A DNA stretch of 64,000 nucleotides from the human T2T-CHM13v2.0 reference genome, Homo sapiens. The position numbers and the translations under genes are program-made. Location: the NCBI RefSeq assembly GCF_009914755.1, contig NC_060938.1; one strand, 5' to 3'. Positions 63,901-64,000 of this stretch are shown here, piece by piece. Positions within the stretch are counted from its first letter, which is position 1; the number at the start of each line of letters is the position of its first letter. The notes under the pieces are model-generated. The model made no database searches, was not told the origin of the DNA, and saw only the letters and a program-made list of their open reading frames with translations.

Positions 63901-64000
63901 TCACTATATGAAAAAGATACTTGCACACGTTTATAGCAGCACAATTTGCAATTGCAAAAACATGGAACCAACCCAAATGCTCATCAATCAACGAGTGGAC
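57908..64000 (+). mobile_element. Long dead L1PB (5'UTR, ORF1 ~59310-60302, ORF2 from ~60366), running off the window
   Basis: ORF-track peptides PRHIVIRLPKVKTKERILRA (ORF1), GDFNTPLTALDRS (endonuclease) and [15 protein letters not shown] (RT); fragmented by stops and frameshifts. Confidence 0.95.

Noticed and set aside
57908-64000. Potentially active L1
   Set aside because: ORF1 and ORF2 are broken into many short frames, and it belongs to an old L1PB lineage

Overview
Primate, almost certainly human, genomic DNA (Alu/L1-rich, CpG-poor). It carries the 3' half of TXNDC16 (ERp90, a PDI-family thioredoxin-domain protein; chr14q22 in human) on the minus strand. Seven coding exons can be assembled by hand, all with GT-AG boundaries and matching phases: 53577-53745, 53102-53238, 40152-40236, 38386-38524, 23635-23795, 22278-22468 and 15377-15660. 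A ~1.7 kb 3'UTR follows, ending near an AATAAA at 13688-13693. Upstream exons lie beyond the right edge of the window. The rest is mostly transposon relics: two long L1s antisense to the gene, over 20 Alus, L2/MIR, MaLR/ERVL/ERV1 LTRs, and Tigger/MER DNA elements. Most of the ORF track is repeat-derived noise. I see no clearly new multi-gene system. The best leads are hypotheses: (i) an inverted-Alu-flanked two-exon cassette that would give a stop-free 306-nt circRNA; (ii) a self-templated inverted insert in an L1 3' end; (iii) a polyadenylated 3'UTR retrocopy; (iv) a DKEL motif masked by a codon one base from TGA; (v) a 10-bp direct repeat at both ends of one intron. Repeat subfamily names are from recalled consensus sequences, and repeat boundaries are approximate.
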